Below, in pieces: positions 21,968 through 31,400 of a stretch of 64,000 nucleotides of DNA; within the stretch, counting starts at the first letter, position 1, and every line of letters begins with the position of its first letter. The notes under the pieces were generated by a model that ran no database searches, was not told the DNA's origin, and saw only the letters and a list, made by a program, of their open reading frames with translations. The stretch comes from an uncultured Gemmatimonadales bacterium. GTDB taxonomy: Bacteria; Gemmatimonadota; Gemmatimonadetes; Longimicrobiales; RSA9. The DNA lies in contig OY970192.1 of NCBI GenBank assembly GCA_963708135.1, positions 3,808,001 to 3,872,000 of the forward strand. Direction: 5' to 3'. Both the position numbers and the translations under genes were made by a program.

Positions 21968-24046
21968 TCAGGGCGCGCGAAGGCCGAGCTCCGTGAGCTT
22001 CTTCCCGTAGCGTGGATCGGACGCGATCGGGTCGAAAGGCGGGCCGGAGACGAACAGATCGACCTGATCGGACGACCACTCGGCGCCGCGAAGCAGCCGA
22101 AAGACCTCATCGGCCTCACCCGAAGCGGCGAGCACCATTCCCGCGTAGAAGGCTCCCCCGGAGGCCTTCGCCAGCTTTCGGGCGATGGCGCGAGCACGGC
22201 CCGTCGCGCCCGACCTCACCTGCAGGAGACCCAGGGCGCCGAGCCCGCGTACGTCGTCCGGCCAGCGGGCCACCCCCTCTTGGCCGATCTCGAGAGCCGT
22301 GATCGGGTCTCCGGCTTCGGCCCGCGAGATCGCCTCCAGATAGGTAGCCGTCGCGGAATCGCCCAGCGCGCGGCTTCGCCTGGCGGCCTCCAGCGCGGCG
22401 CCGAAGTCCCGGGCCAGGTAGAGGAGGAAGCCCCGACCCATGTGCGCGAAAGGGGATAGCGGCTCGAGCTCCACGAGCTTCTCGGCTTCCTCCAGGGCCG
22501 CGTCCCGTCGTCCCGTGCGCATCAACAGGTCGGCGAGCCAGTGCCGCGCCGGCGCGTGGCTGGGGCGGGAAGTCAGCGCCCGGCGGAGCTCCCGCTCGGC
22601 CTCCTTCCACCGGTGGTCGTGAACGTACACCCGCGCGAGGGAGCTGCGGGCCTCCGCCAGGGTGGGGTCGAGCTCCAGCGCCCGGGCCGCCGCCTCCCGA
22701 GCTCCGGCGAAGCTCTCGGCGCGGTCGGCGCCCGCGAAGAGGGGGAGGAGGATCGAGGTGTCGGCGAGGCCGGACCAGGCCAGGGCGTTCCCGGGATCTC
22801 GCGCGACGGATTCCTGGAACAGGGCGCGCGCCCGGTGCAGCGAGCCTTGGGTCCGCAGGCGCCACGCGTGGCGTCCCTCCAGGTAGAGGCGGTACGCCTC
22901 CGGGTCCGCCGTGGGCCGCCGGATCCGGCGGACGTCCCCGTCCGGGTCCACCTTGCCCCGCAGCTCCCGCGCGATGTGCCGGGCGATCTCCTCCTGGACC
23001 TCGAAGATATCCGTGGGAGCGTACGGCAGGTCGTAGCTCTCCGCCCACATGGTGGTGCCGTCTCCGGCCCTCACCAGGCGGGCGGCCACCCGGATGCGCC
23101 CCGAGGCGCGCTGCACGGAGCCCTCGACGATCGCGTCAACGCCGAGGAGTTCGGCAATGTCTGCACCTGCTCGCGCCGCCCGAGCCGCCGAGCTCCCGCC
23201 CACCACCCGCAGGTAGTCGATCCCGGCCAGGGCGCCCAGGATCTCTTCGGCCAGGGCTCGGCCGATTCCGTCCTCCGAGGCAGCGGGGGGCGCCTCGCGG
23301 AACGGAAGCACCGCAACCGATCGCGCGGGCTCCGGCTCCGCCCGGATCTCACGAACCAGCTCGCGGATCGGGAGCGAGGGGTCGAGACCCAGCTCGCCGT
23401 CGAGGTGATCGGCCAGGTCTCGGTAGACCCTGAGGGCCCCGGCCCGGTCCCCCGTCTGCCGGAGGAGCCGCATGAGGCGCCGGGCCACGTCCTGGTCGGC
23501 GGGAGCCAGCTCCCGCAGCCTGCGTAGCCAGCGCTCGGCCTCCCGGTGGTCCCCGGCCTCCTCCGCCCGCCGGGCCAGCTCCACGGCCGCCCGGATGGCC
23601 CGGTCCCTCAGGCAGGCCTGCCGCTGGGCGACCCAGTGCTCGAACGGAGCGGCCCCGGACACGTGGAACCCATCCAGGAAATCCCCTCCGTAGAGCTCGA
23701 GAGCGGCCTCGGAGCGACCCAGGGACAGGCATTCCTCGAAGGCGGCGACGTCGCACCACACCCGTTCGCCGGACAGGCTCACGCTCCCCTTCCCGTGGCT
23801 CACCAGCGCCCCGGACCCGAGGCCGCTTCGAATCCCGTAGAGCGCCTGGTTCAGGGCGCCCCGTGCGCGCTCCTGGTTGAGCTCCGGCCACAGCAAAGCG
23901 AGAAGCGTGTCGCGCTGGTGGACCCGGACGGGGTGGGCGGCGAGATAGGCCAGGACCGCCAGCTGCTTCGGCTGGAGTTCGATGGGCCGCTCGGCGTCCT
24001 TCCGGGGCCGGAGGTCCAGGTGGCCGAGGGTCAGAAGTCGAATCAT
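21968..24046 (-). CDS. SARP/BTAD transcriptional activator with TolB-N-like domain and TPR repeats
   Basis: IRLLTLG..RDTLLALLWPE wHTH, ALELYGGDFLDG BTAD, SVAVLPF, AYRLYLEGR TPR. Confidence 0.88.
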   Translation of the reverse strand: MIRLLTLGHLDLRPRKDAERPIELQPKQLAVLAYLAAHPVRVHQRDTLLALLWPELNQERARGALNQALYGIRSGLGSGALVSHGKGSVSLSGERVWCDVAAFEECLSLGRSEAALELYGGDFLDGFHVSGAAPFEHWVAQRQACLRDRAIRAAVELARRAEEAGDHREAERWLRRLRELAPADQDVARRLMRLLRQTGDRAGALRVYRDLADHLDGELGLDPSLPIRELVREIRAEPEPARSVAVLPFREAPPAASEDGIGRALAEEILGALAGIDYLRVVGGSSAARAARAGADIAELLGVDAIVEGSVQRASGRIRVAARLVRAGDGTTMWAESYDLPYAPTDIFEVQEEIARHIARELRGKVDPDGDVRRIRRPTADPEAYRLYLEGRHAWRLRTQGSLHRARALFQESVARDPGNALAWSGLADTSILLPLFAGADRAESFAGAREAAARALELDPTLAEARSSLARVYVHDHRWKEAERELRRALTSRPSHAPARHWLADLLMRTGRRDAALEEAEKLVELEPLSPFAHMGRGFLLYLARDFGAALEAARRSRALGDSATATYLEAISRAEAGDPITALEIGQEGVARWPDDVRGLGALGLLQVRSGATGRARAIARKLAKASGGAFYAGMVLAASGEADEVFRLLRGAEWSSDQVDLFVSGPPFDPIASDPRYGKKLTELGLRAP

Positions 24047-24204
24047 CGAGCTCCACGAAGCGCCGTCGTGCGCTCGGCGGCGGTGCGCTGGCCGGTGAGG
24101 ATACGCTGAGAATTCAATGGCTCCGCCACGTTAACTTAGTTCCAAGCGTCCGGCGAACCAAGAAAGCGAACGATCTTCAAGGAACCCGTGTTCGGAGGTC
24201 AACC

Positions 24205-25332
24205 ATGCTGCCCTGGCAAGCGGTACCCGTCCTGGCTCTCTTGTCCGTGCTACCCGGGGGGTGCAGGAGCGCGCCGAGCACCGCTCCGGGACCCGAGCTG
24301 TCCGAGACACCGGAGGTATGCCGAGCCGTGTTCGACCGGCAAGAGAGGGCGTCGGAGGTGGTCCTGACGCTGGACGCCGCGCGGCGGGAGTTTCCCGAGG
24401 GGATCGCCGTGGACCACCTGGACAACGTGTACCTTGGTCTACGGTTCCGGGGAGAGGTCCTGCGCTTCCGCCCGGGGGGCGCACCTGAAGTGGTCACACG
24501 GTTCGCGGCCGCGGACGCCAATGGGAATCCTCTCCTGGACCAGGGCCTGCTCGGACTGGCGACGGACGAACGCGGAAACGTGTACGCCGCGGTGGCTTCC
24601 TTCGATCCCGGCACGGGCGGACTGGCCTCGACGCACGGGGTGTGGCGCATCTCGCCGGAGGGCGAGCGCGCACGGATTCCCGGCACGCAGGCCATCTTCT
24701 ATCCCAACGCCCTCGCCTTCGACCGCCGCGGCAATCTCTTCGTCAGCTCCTCCACCGGACCGCCCACGACGCCGAGCACCTTCGCGGAGGGCGGCATCTG
24801 GCGGGTGCCTCGCGCGGGCTCCGCCGAGCTCTGGCTCCGCGATCCGGAGCTGACCGGAACGGGCGACGTGGCGCCGGGACCCCTGCCCGTCGGGGCCAAC
24901 GGCATCGCCCATCACGCGGGCTCGCTCTTCGTGGCCAACAGCGAGAAGCGCCAGGTGGTGGAGGTGCCCATACGGCCGGACGGAAGCCCGGGTCCGACTC
25001 GCGTCGTCGTGCGCTTTCCCGGTCCCACAACGGCCAACCCGTTCGCGGGGGTCCTGGACGGCCTGGCCGTGGATGCCTGCGGCGACCTGTATCCGGTGAT
25101 CATCGGCGAGAGCCGGGTGGTGCGAGTATCGCCCGACGGCGAGGAAGTCGAGACGATCGCCGGCCCCGCGGACGGCCTCCAGACTCCTACGAGCGTGGCC
25201 TTCGGCGGGAGAGAGGACGGCAGGAGCGCGTTCATCGCCGAGTTCGCGGCTCTCGCGCCCCTGCTGGGTCAGGCGCCCGAGCCCAAGGTCGTGAAAGTCG
25301 AGGTCGGCGTGCCGGGCCCGGACGCGCGCTGA
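24205..25332 (+). CDS. SMP-30/gluconolactonase-like beta-propeller, exported (possible lipoprotein)
   Basis: FPEGIAVD, YPNALAFD, GANGIA, DGLAVD and PTSVAFG blades; signal peptide ending GGC. Confidence 0.8.
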   Translation: MLPWQAVPVLALLSVLPGGCRSAPSTAPGPELSETPEVCRAVFDRQERASEVVLTLDAARREFPEGIAVDHLDNVYLGLRFRGEVLRFRPGGAPEVVTRFAAADANGNPLLDQGLLGLATDERGNVYAAVASFDPGTGGLASTHGVWRISPEGERARIPGTQAIFYPNALAFDRRGNLFVSSSTGPPTTPSTFAEGGIWRVPRAGSAELWLRDPELTGTGDVAPGPLPVGANGIAHHAGSLFVANSEKRQVVEVPIRPDGSPGPTRVVVRFPGPTTANPFAGVLDGLAVDACGDLYPVIIGESRVVRVSPDGEEVETIAGPADGLQTPTSVAFGGREDGRSAFIAEFAALAPLLGQAPEPKVVKVEVGVPGPDAR

Positions 25333-25754
25333 GCGTGGCTCGCAGCTCAGCTGGGGACCGAGCGCTCGCCGCGCGGCGGCGTCGGCCGGCCCCCCTGAGC
25401 TGCGCCCGGTGACGGCTGGGGGCCGCCCGGCCCCCGGACCCAGGCCCGGACCGGAGCGCCGAATCCACCGGATCGACCTCGAATCCACCGGCCCGACCGC
25501 TCCCCTCGCCCCCGGCTCCGCTCTCTGGGCCGCTCACCTCGCTCTTGACCCACCGGCCCCACCCGACCCATCGTCCCGACCGTAGCCGAAACGGCCGTGG
25601 ATTCTGGTGGGCCTTCGTGCTGACCGGGTTGGCGACGGATCCTCCGTTGTCTCTTCGTCAACTGGGCGCGATTTGGTTCCGGGAGCCTGCTCCACGGCCG
25701 CACGGCCATCCGCAGGATTCAGCGCCGCTCCTGGTGAGTAAGCCTTGAGGCTGG

Positions 25755-28022
25755 ATGATGTCTGACGAGACCCTCGCGAAGACCATGACGAGCCAGCTCC
25801 AGTCGGCGTTGAGTGGCCGATACCAGATCGGTCGCCTGCTCGGCGAGGGCGGGATGGCGGTCGTATTTGAAGCCACCGACCTGAAGCATGACCGCCAGGT
25901 GGCCGTCAAGGTGCTGCGTCCCGAGCTCTCGGCCGTGCTGGGCGCGGACCGCTTCCTTCGCGAGATCCGGGTTACTGCCAAGCTTCAGCATCCCCATATC
26001 CTGCCGTTGTACGACTCAGGAGCGGCGGGCGAGCTGCTCTATTACGTCATGCCCCTGGTGCAGGGCGAGTCGCTGCGCGATCGCCTGAGCCGCGAGCGCG
26101 AGATGCCCGTCTCGGAGGCCATCGCGGCCGTGAAGGCCATTGCCGGAGCGCTCGACTACGCTCACCGGCAGGGCGTGCTGCATCGCGATATCAAGCCCGA
26201 AGACATTCTGCTTCACGACGGTCAGCCGATGCTCGCAGACTTCGGAATCGCACTGGCCGTCAGCTCGGCGGGCGCGAGCCGGCTGACCCAGACCGGCCTG
26301 TCCGTCGGCACCCCGACGTACATGAGTCCGGAGCAGATGTCTGGTGAACGGCCCCTGGATGGGCGGAGCGACATTTTCGCGCTGGCGTGCGTCGCATACG
26401 AAACGCTGGCAGGCGTACCACCGTTCGCCGGATCCTCGGTACAGGCCGTGGTTGCGGCCGTGATGCTGGGTGCAACAAAGCCACTGACGACGTTGCGCAG
26501 CGCAGTCCCGGAGCCGGCTGCCGCCGCGATTCATCAGGCCCTGGCCTCGGTGCCGGCTGACCGGTTCGCAACCGCCGCTGAGTTCGCCGAGGCGCTGACT
26601 GCCGATACTCGTGCGCGCCGAGTCGCGATTCGCACCCGGTTGCGACGCGGGACCGTGGCCTGGGCTGGGCTGGCTGCGGTTCTCGGCATGGCGGTCGGAA
26701 TTGCGGCGTACCGGATGCTGACTCCCGCCCCCGAACCTCCCATCCGCCACTGGAACATCGTGCTTCCCGATGAAGCGCGGGTGGCGCTCGCGGGAGCGGG
26801 CTCCAGCGCTGGACCGCAGACAGCCATCGCCCTCTCGCCCGAGGGAGATCGGCTGGCGTATGTCGCCACGACCGGAGCCACGACCGTGCTCGCGGAACGC
26901 CAGCTGGTCAACGATTCGACCATTACGTTCACGGGCACCGAAGGGGCGTATCATCCCTTCTTCTCGCCCGACGGCGCCTGGATCGGATTCTTCTCCGGCA
27001 ACTTCCTGCGCAAGGTGCCGGCAAGGGGCGGCGACGCGATCACGCTGGCGCAGGTGAACCGCATAACCGGTGCTCACTGGAGCAGCGATAACCAGATCTT
27101 CGTGCTGGAAAACGAAGGGTTCGAACTGCACCGGATTTCGCCGAGCGGCCTACGCACCGATTCGGTGGTGCTTCTGACCACCCAGTTCGGCACGTCGGCC
27201 GAACTGCCGGGCGGTGATTGGGCCGTGGGACAGTTGAGCTCGGGCCAACTGGCGCTGCTGTCCCTTGCCAGTGGTACGGAGCTCGCCATTACCCGTCGTG
27301 GGGTAGTGCCGCTCGATTCGGTGCGGCAGTCCGGCCTGCTCTTCGGAACGAGTCCCCATTGGCTGCCGAACGGATACCTGCTCTTCGCCACAGGTGATGG
27401 GGTGCTGATGGCGATGCCGTTCGATGGGAAGCGGCGCCGCGTGCTGGGGGAGCCGGTGCCGGTCGCGACCGGAGTGCGCATGGAGGCGGGCTTTGGGTAC
27501 GCCGACTTCACGGTGTCGCGCGAAGGCACCATCATCTACGTGCCGGGAGGGAACCAGCTGTACGTGAACATCGCGTTCCTGGGACCGAACGGGCAAATGG
27601 ACACACTGCCGTTCCCGCGCGGACAGTATACTCAGCCGCGCCTCTCGCCCGATGGCACCCGACTCGCCGTTCAGGCCAGGAATCCGATCGGGGGGTGGGA
27701 AGTGCTCCTGATGGACCTGTTGACCGGCGTGCGGCAGAAGGTGGATGTGGAGGGCAACTACCGAGCTTTCCCGGCGTCATGGTTGCCAGGTGGGACCGAG
27801 CTGATGATCGGCCTGTGGGACCCCGTACAGTTCCTAAATTACGGCGCCAGAGTCCAGTCGCTAGAGACGGGAAAGTGGCGGGATATCAATCTTAAGGGCG
27901 CCTCGTACATGACAGTGGCACCGGATGGCAGTCAGTTTGTCTTCAACGATTGGCGTACCGGCGACCGGTGCGGTGTCCGTCTCGCCGGTCCCGCCTACCG
28001 GCGCCATTTACCAGGTGGCTGA
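25755..28022 (+). CDS. Hanks-type Ser/Thr kinase with TM helix and TolB/WD40-like propeller; C-terminus disrupted
   Basis: GEGGMA, VAVK, HRDIKPED, DFG and GTPTYMSPE motifs; SPDG repeats; frame breaks near 27965. Confidence 0.85.
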   Translation: MMSDETLAKTMTSQLQSALSGRYQIGRLLGEGGMAVVFEATDLKHDRQVAVKVLRPELSAVLGADRFLREIRVTAKLQHPHILPLYDSGAAGELLYYVMPLVQGESLRDRLSREREMPVSEAIAAVKAIAGALDYAHRQGVLHRDIKPEDILLHDGQPMLADFGIALAVSSAGASRLTQTGLSVGTPTYMSPEQMSGERPLDGRSDIFALACVAYETLAGVPPFAGSSVQAVVAAVMLGATKPLTTLRSAVPEPAAAAIHQALASVPADRFATAAEFAEALTADTRARRVAIRTRLRRGTVAWAGLAAVLGMAVGIAAYRMLTPAPEPPIRHWNIVLPDEARVALAGAGSSAGPQTAIALSPEGDRLAYVATTGATTVLAERQLVNDSTITFTGTEGAYHPFFSPDGAWIGFFSGNFLRKVPARGGDAITLAQVNRITGAHWSSDNQIFVLENEGFELHRISPSGLRTDSVVLLTTQFGTSAELPGGDWAVGQLSSGQLALLSLASGTELAITRRGVVPLDSVRQSGLLFGTSPHWLPNGYLLFATGDGVLMAMPFDGKRRRVLGEPVPVATGVRMEAGFGYADFTVSREGTIIYVPGGNQLYVNIAFLGPNGQMDTLPFPRGQYTQPRLSPDGTRLAVQARNPIGGWEVLLMDLLTGVRQKVDVEGNYRAFPASWLPGGTELMIGLWDPVQFLNYGARVQSLETGKWRDINLKGASYMTVAPDGSQFVFNDWRTGDRCGVRLAGPAYRRHLPGG

Positions 28023-28311
28023 GCAGGGTCAGATGCCCCTCTGGACGCCGGATGGGGCCGGGCTGATCTTCCGCAACGGCAATCGCTACTACCGTGTACC
28101 AGTCTCATTCGCCAAAGGCTTCCACGCGGGCCGGGCCAAGCTGATCGCCGAGGGCGCATTCCTCTCCACCTTCGCGTGGAACCACGATATCGCTCCCGAC
28201 GGACGCCTGCTGGTCCTGCTGAACAGCCCGGATGTGACGGCAACGAGGCTGGGTGTCATCACCAGCTTTCCTGCTGCGGTGGAGAGCCTCGCGAGCACTC
28301 GCCGCCGCTAG
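27965..28311 (+). pseudogene. Out-of-frame C-terminal propeller segment of the upstream kinase
   Basis: ...YQVAEQGQMPLWTPDG...NHDIAPDGRLLVLL resembles the usual last blades of these kinases. Confidence 0.7.
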
Positions 28312-28473
28312 TTCCGGTTCTTGCGGCTCAGCTCCAGCAGCGATCCCTTCCCCGACTGCACCAGAATTGGTTGACCGGGCTGAAATTCGGGCCACCGTTG
28401 AGACACACGAATCGGCGCCCGAGCACCGTGCATTCGACGGTCAACGCTGCCCCGGCGCTCCCGGAGTCGGACG

Positions 28474-31400
28474 TCACGGGGCCGCCTCCGCGTTCTGTGC
28501 GGGCGGCGGCCCGTGGGGCGGCAGACCCGCCCGGGCGAGGATCGCGTCGAAGCGGGGGTCGCCCCACAGCTCGGCGAGCCAGGGCAGCGTGCGGATGGAG
28601 GTCATGTTCGCGGAGCGGTCCCGTGCCGCCCGGTCGAGCGACGCGAAGGCGGCGGCGCGGTCACCCATGGCGAGCTGGACCTCCGCCACGTTCACACGGT
28701 CCATGTACGGCTGGGCGAGCAGCTGGCCGAGAATGCGACGGGCGGCCGCCGTGTCGCCCAGCCGCGCGAGACACATGGCCTGCCTGCTCCGGCCGGCGAG
28801 CTGGCCAGGCGGCACCGGGTGGAAGGTCCGGGCGCAGTCGGACCACCGGCCTGCGAGCGCGAACGCCACCGCCAGCGGTGGCGTGCTGTAGTAGACGGGC
28901 CCACCCGACAGCTCCGCGACCCGGCGAGCCAGGCGGAACGCGGCCGCGGTGTCGCGGCGCGCGATCGCGACGAACTCCTGCCAGCGCACCACTTCGGGGT
29001 TGAACGGGTCCAGCGTGGCGGCCGTGTCCAGCTCGCGCTCGGCGCCGTCGAAGTCTTCATCCACGTACAGCAGCAGGGTCGCGTACCGCAAGTGGGCGTC
29101 GCTCAACCCGGGATCGAGGGCGAGCGCGCGGCGGAACTCGCGCCGGGCGTCGGCGTAGCGCCACTGCCAGTCGTAGCGTGTGTCGCCCAGCACGGTATGC
29201 GCCAGCGCGGACGAGTCGTCGAGCTCCACGGCGCGCAGGGCGGCCTGCTCCGCGAGGGGCGTCATCGCCACCGGAGAGCGGTACGCATCGGCAAGCTGGC
29301 CGTACGCGTGCGACAGCCCCGCCCAGGCGGCGGCGTAGCTCGAGTCCAGCCCGATGGCCTGCCGGTAGAGCGCGACAGCCTGCTCGATGCTGTGCTCGTC
29401 GGCGACGAGGCAGAGCGCGTTCGCGCGCAGCACGAGATCGTGCGCGTCTGCGTTCGTCGTGCCGCGGCGAACCAGTGGGCTGCCGCCGAGCCGAAGGCGC
29501 AGCGCGTCGGTGATGGCCCGCGCGATGTCGTCCTCGAGGGCAAAGAGATTGCCCATCTTCCGGTCGTAGCGCTCGGACCAGAGCTGGACTCCAGTGCGCG
29601 TGTCCACGAGCTCCACGACAATGCGCACGGCGCTCCCGGCGCGCTGGACGGTGCCCGAGAGCAGCGTGCCGACCCCCAGATCCCGCCCCACCCTACGCGC
29701 GTCCACATCGGGGCCGCGGAAGCGGAAGGAGGACGCGCGGCCGATGACCGTGAGCCCCGGCAGGCGCGTCAACCCGTTCAGGATCTCCTCGCTCACACCG
29801 TCGCCGAGGTAGCGGTCGGCCGTATCGGCGCTCAGGTTGCTCAACGGCAGCACCGCCACCGAGCGAGGCGACGTGGGCACCGTGGCGGCCGCCCGTGACG
29901 GCGGCGCGCCCGCCCGCCTCATCGGCCGGATGAGGAGCGCCACCGCCGCGCCTGCCAGCGTGAGGATGCCGGCCAGCATGAGCAGCTCGATGCCGCCGAC
30001 GCGCTGGCTCCCCTTCTCGCCATGGTACCAGGCCAGGACCAGGACGACGGGAAGCGCGAGCGCCAGCAGCACCGTGGCGAGGCGCATCACCACATCGGGC
30101 CAGCCGAAGGGCGGCGCCAGCAGCGACAGGAGCTCGAGCGGACCCTGCTCGCTGGACTCGCTGCGCACGAGGAGGAGTCGGCCGTCGGCGGCCGCGTCGA
30201 GGTCAACGATTCCGTCCGGTGCGCCGGCGAGCGGCGTCGCGCGCCCAATGTGGATGCTCGGGCTCTCGGTGATGGCAACCGAGAGCAGGTGTCCGCCGGG
30301 GTCGGCGAAGTAGACCGTCGCGCCGGTGCGGCTCCACGCGATCGGCGCGCGGTGCGCGGTGGGGTCGAGCAGCACGCCGCCCGGCGAGATCTGCCAGCGG
30401 GTTCCAGGGTCGGCCAGGCGCGTGACGTACAGCTCGTCCCGGCCGCTTTCGTTCGATACGAAGGCGAGCAACCGGCCGTCGCGCGAGAGCCGCGGACCGC
30501 TCTCGTCCGCCGCCGTCGCCAGGATCGGCGTCGCGCGCAGCGAGCCGTCTCCGAGCTCGACTCGCAGGATGTCCCAGCCGGTGCCCGGCTGCTGCCGCTG
30601 CCCCGCGAGGATGCGCGGGTCCGGGGACCAGTCGAGGATCTCGGCACCGCCGGAGTCCGGCACCGTGCGCGCGATCGTCCGATCGGGCGAGCTGATCTCC
30701 ACCGACTTGTCGTCCTCGGCATAGAATGCGATCCGGCTCCCGTCGGGCGACCAGGCGTAGGTGAAGTACACCGCCGGAGTACGGCTCAGCGCGCTCCACG
30801 TCCGGTCGGCAGCGTCGTAGAGCGCCAGCGAGCGCAACCCCGTGTCTGGATCGCGGCGCTCGACGATGAACCGCTGCCCGTCGGGCGAGAGGCGCGCGCG
30901 GAGGAAGCGTCCTGGCTCGAGCAGCGTCGTCGTTCGGCCCGACGTGGGGTCGAACCACAGCACGCGGTTCCGCTCGATGGGCGCCGGCCGATACACGAGC
31001 ACATCGCCGGACGCCGCGGCGGAGAAGTTGGCCAGGAACCGGTACGGCCAGTTCTCCAGTCCCGGCACGAGGCTCACGGCGGGCCCGGTGAAGACGGCGC
31101 GGCGCGCATCGAAGGGACGGGCGAAGAGCAGACCTCGGCTCGCGTACACCAGGCGCCCGTCCGCGAGCGCCAGGTTGCTCGGGACATCGAGCAGCACGCG
31201 GGTCTCGCGCGTGCCGAGCTCGCCCACGCGCACCGTGCCCGCCGCTCCGGCTCCGCCCTCCGAGAAGAGGAAGTGTCGGCCATCGGGGAGGAACTGCGGG
31301 AGCCTCTGAGTGGTCGCGTGCCCCTCGCCGGCGACAAACGTCGCGGGCCGTGAGGTGCCGCCGCTCGCCGGGATCCGGAACAGCGGCCCGCCCACATCGG

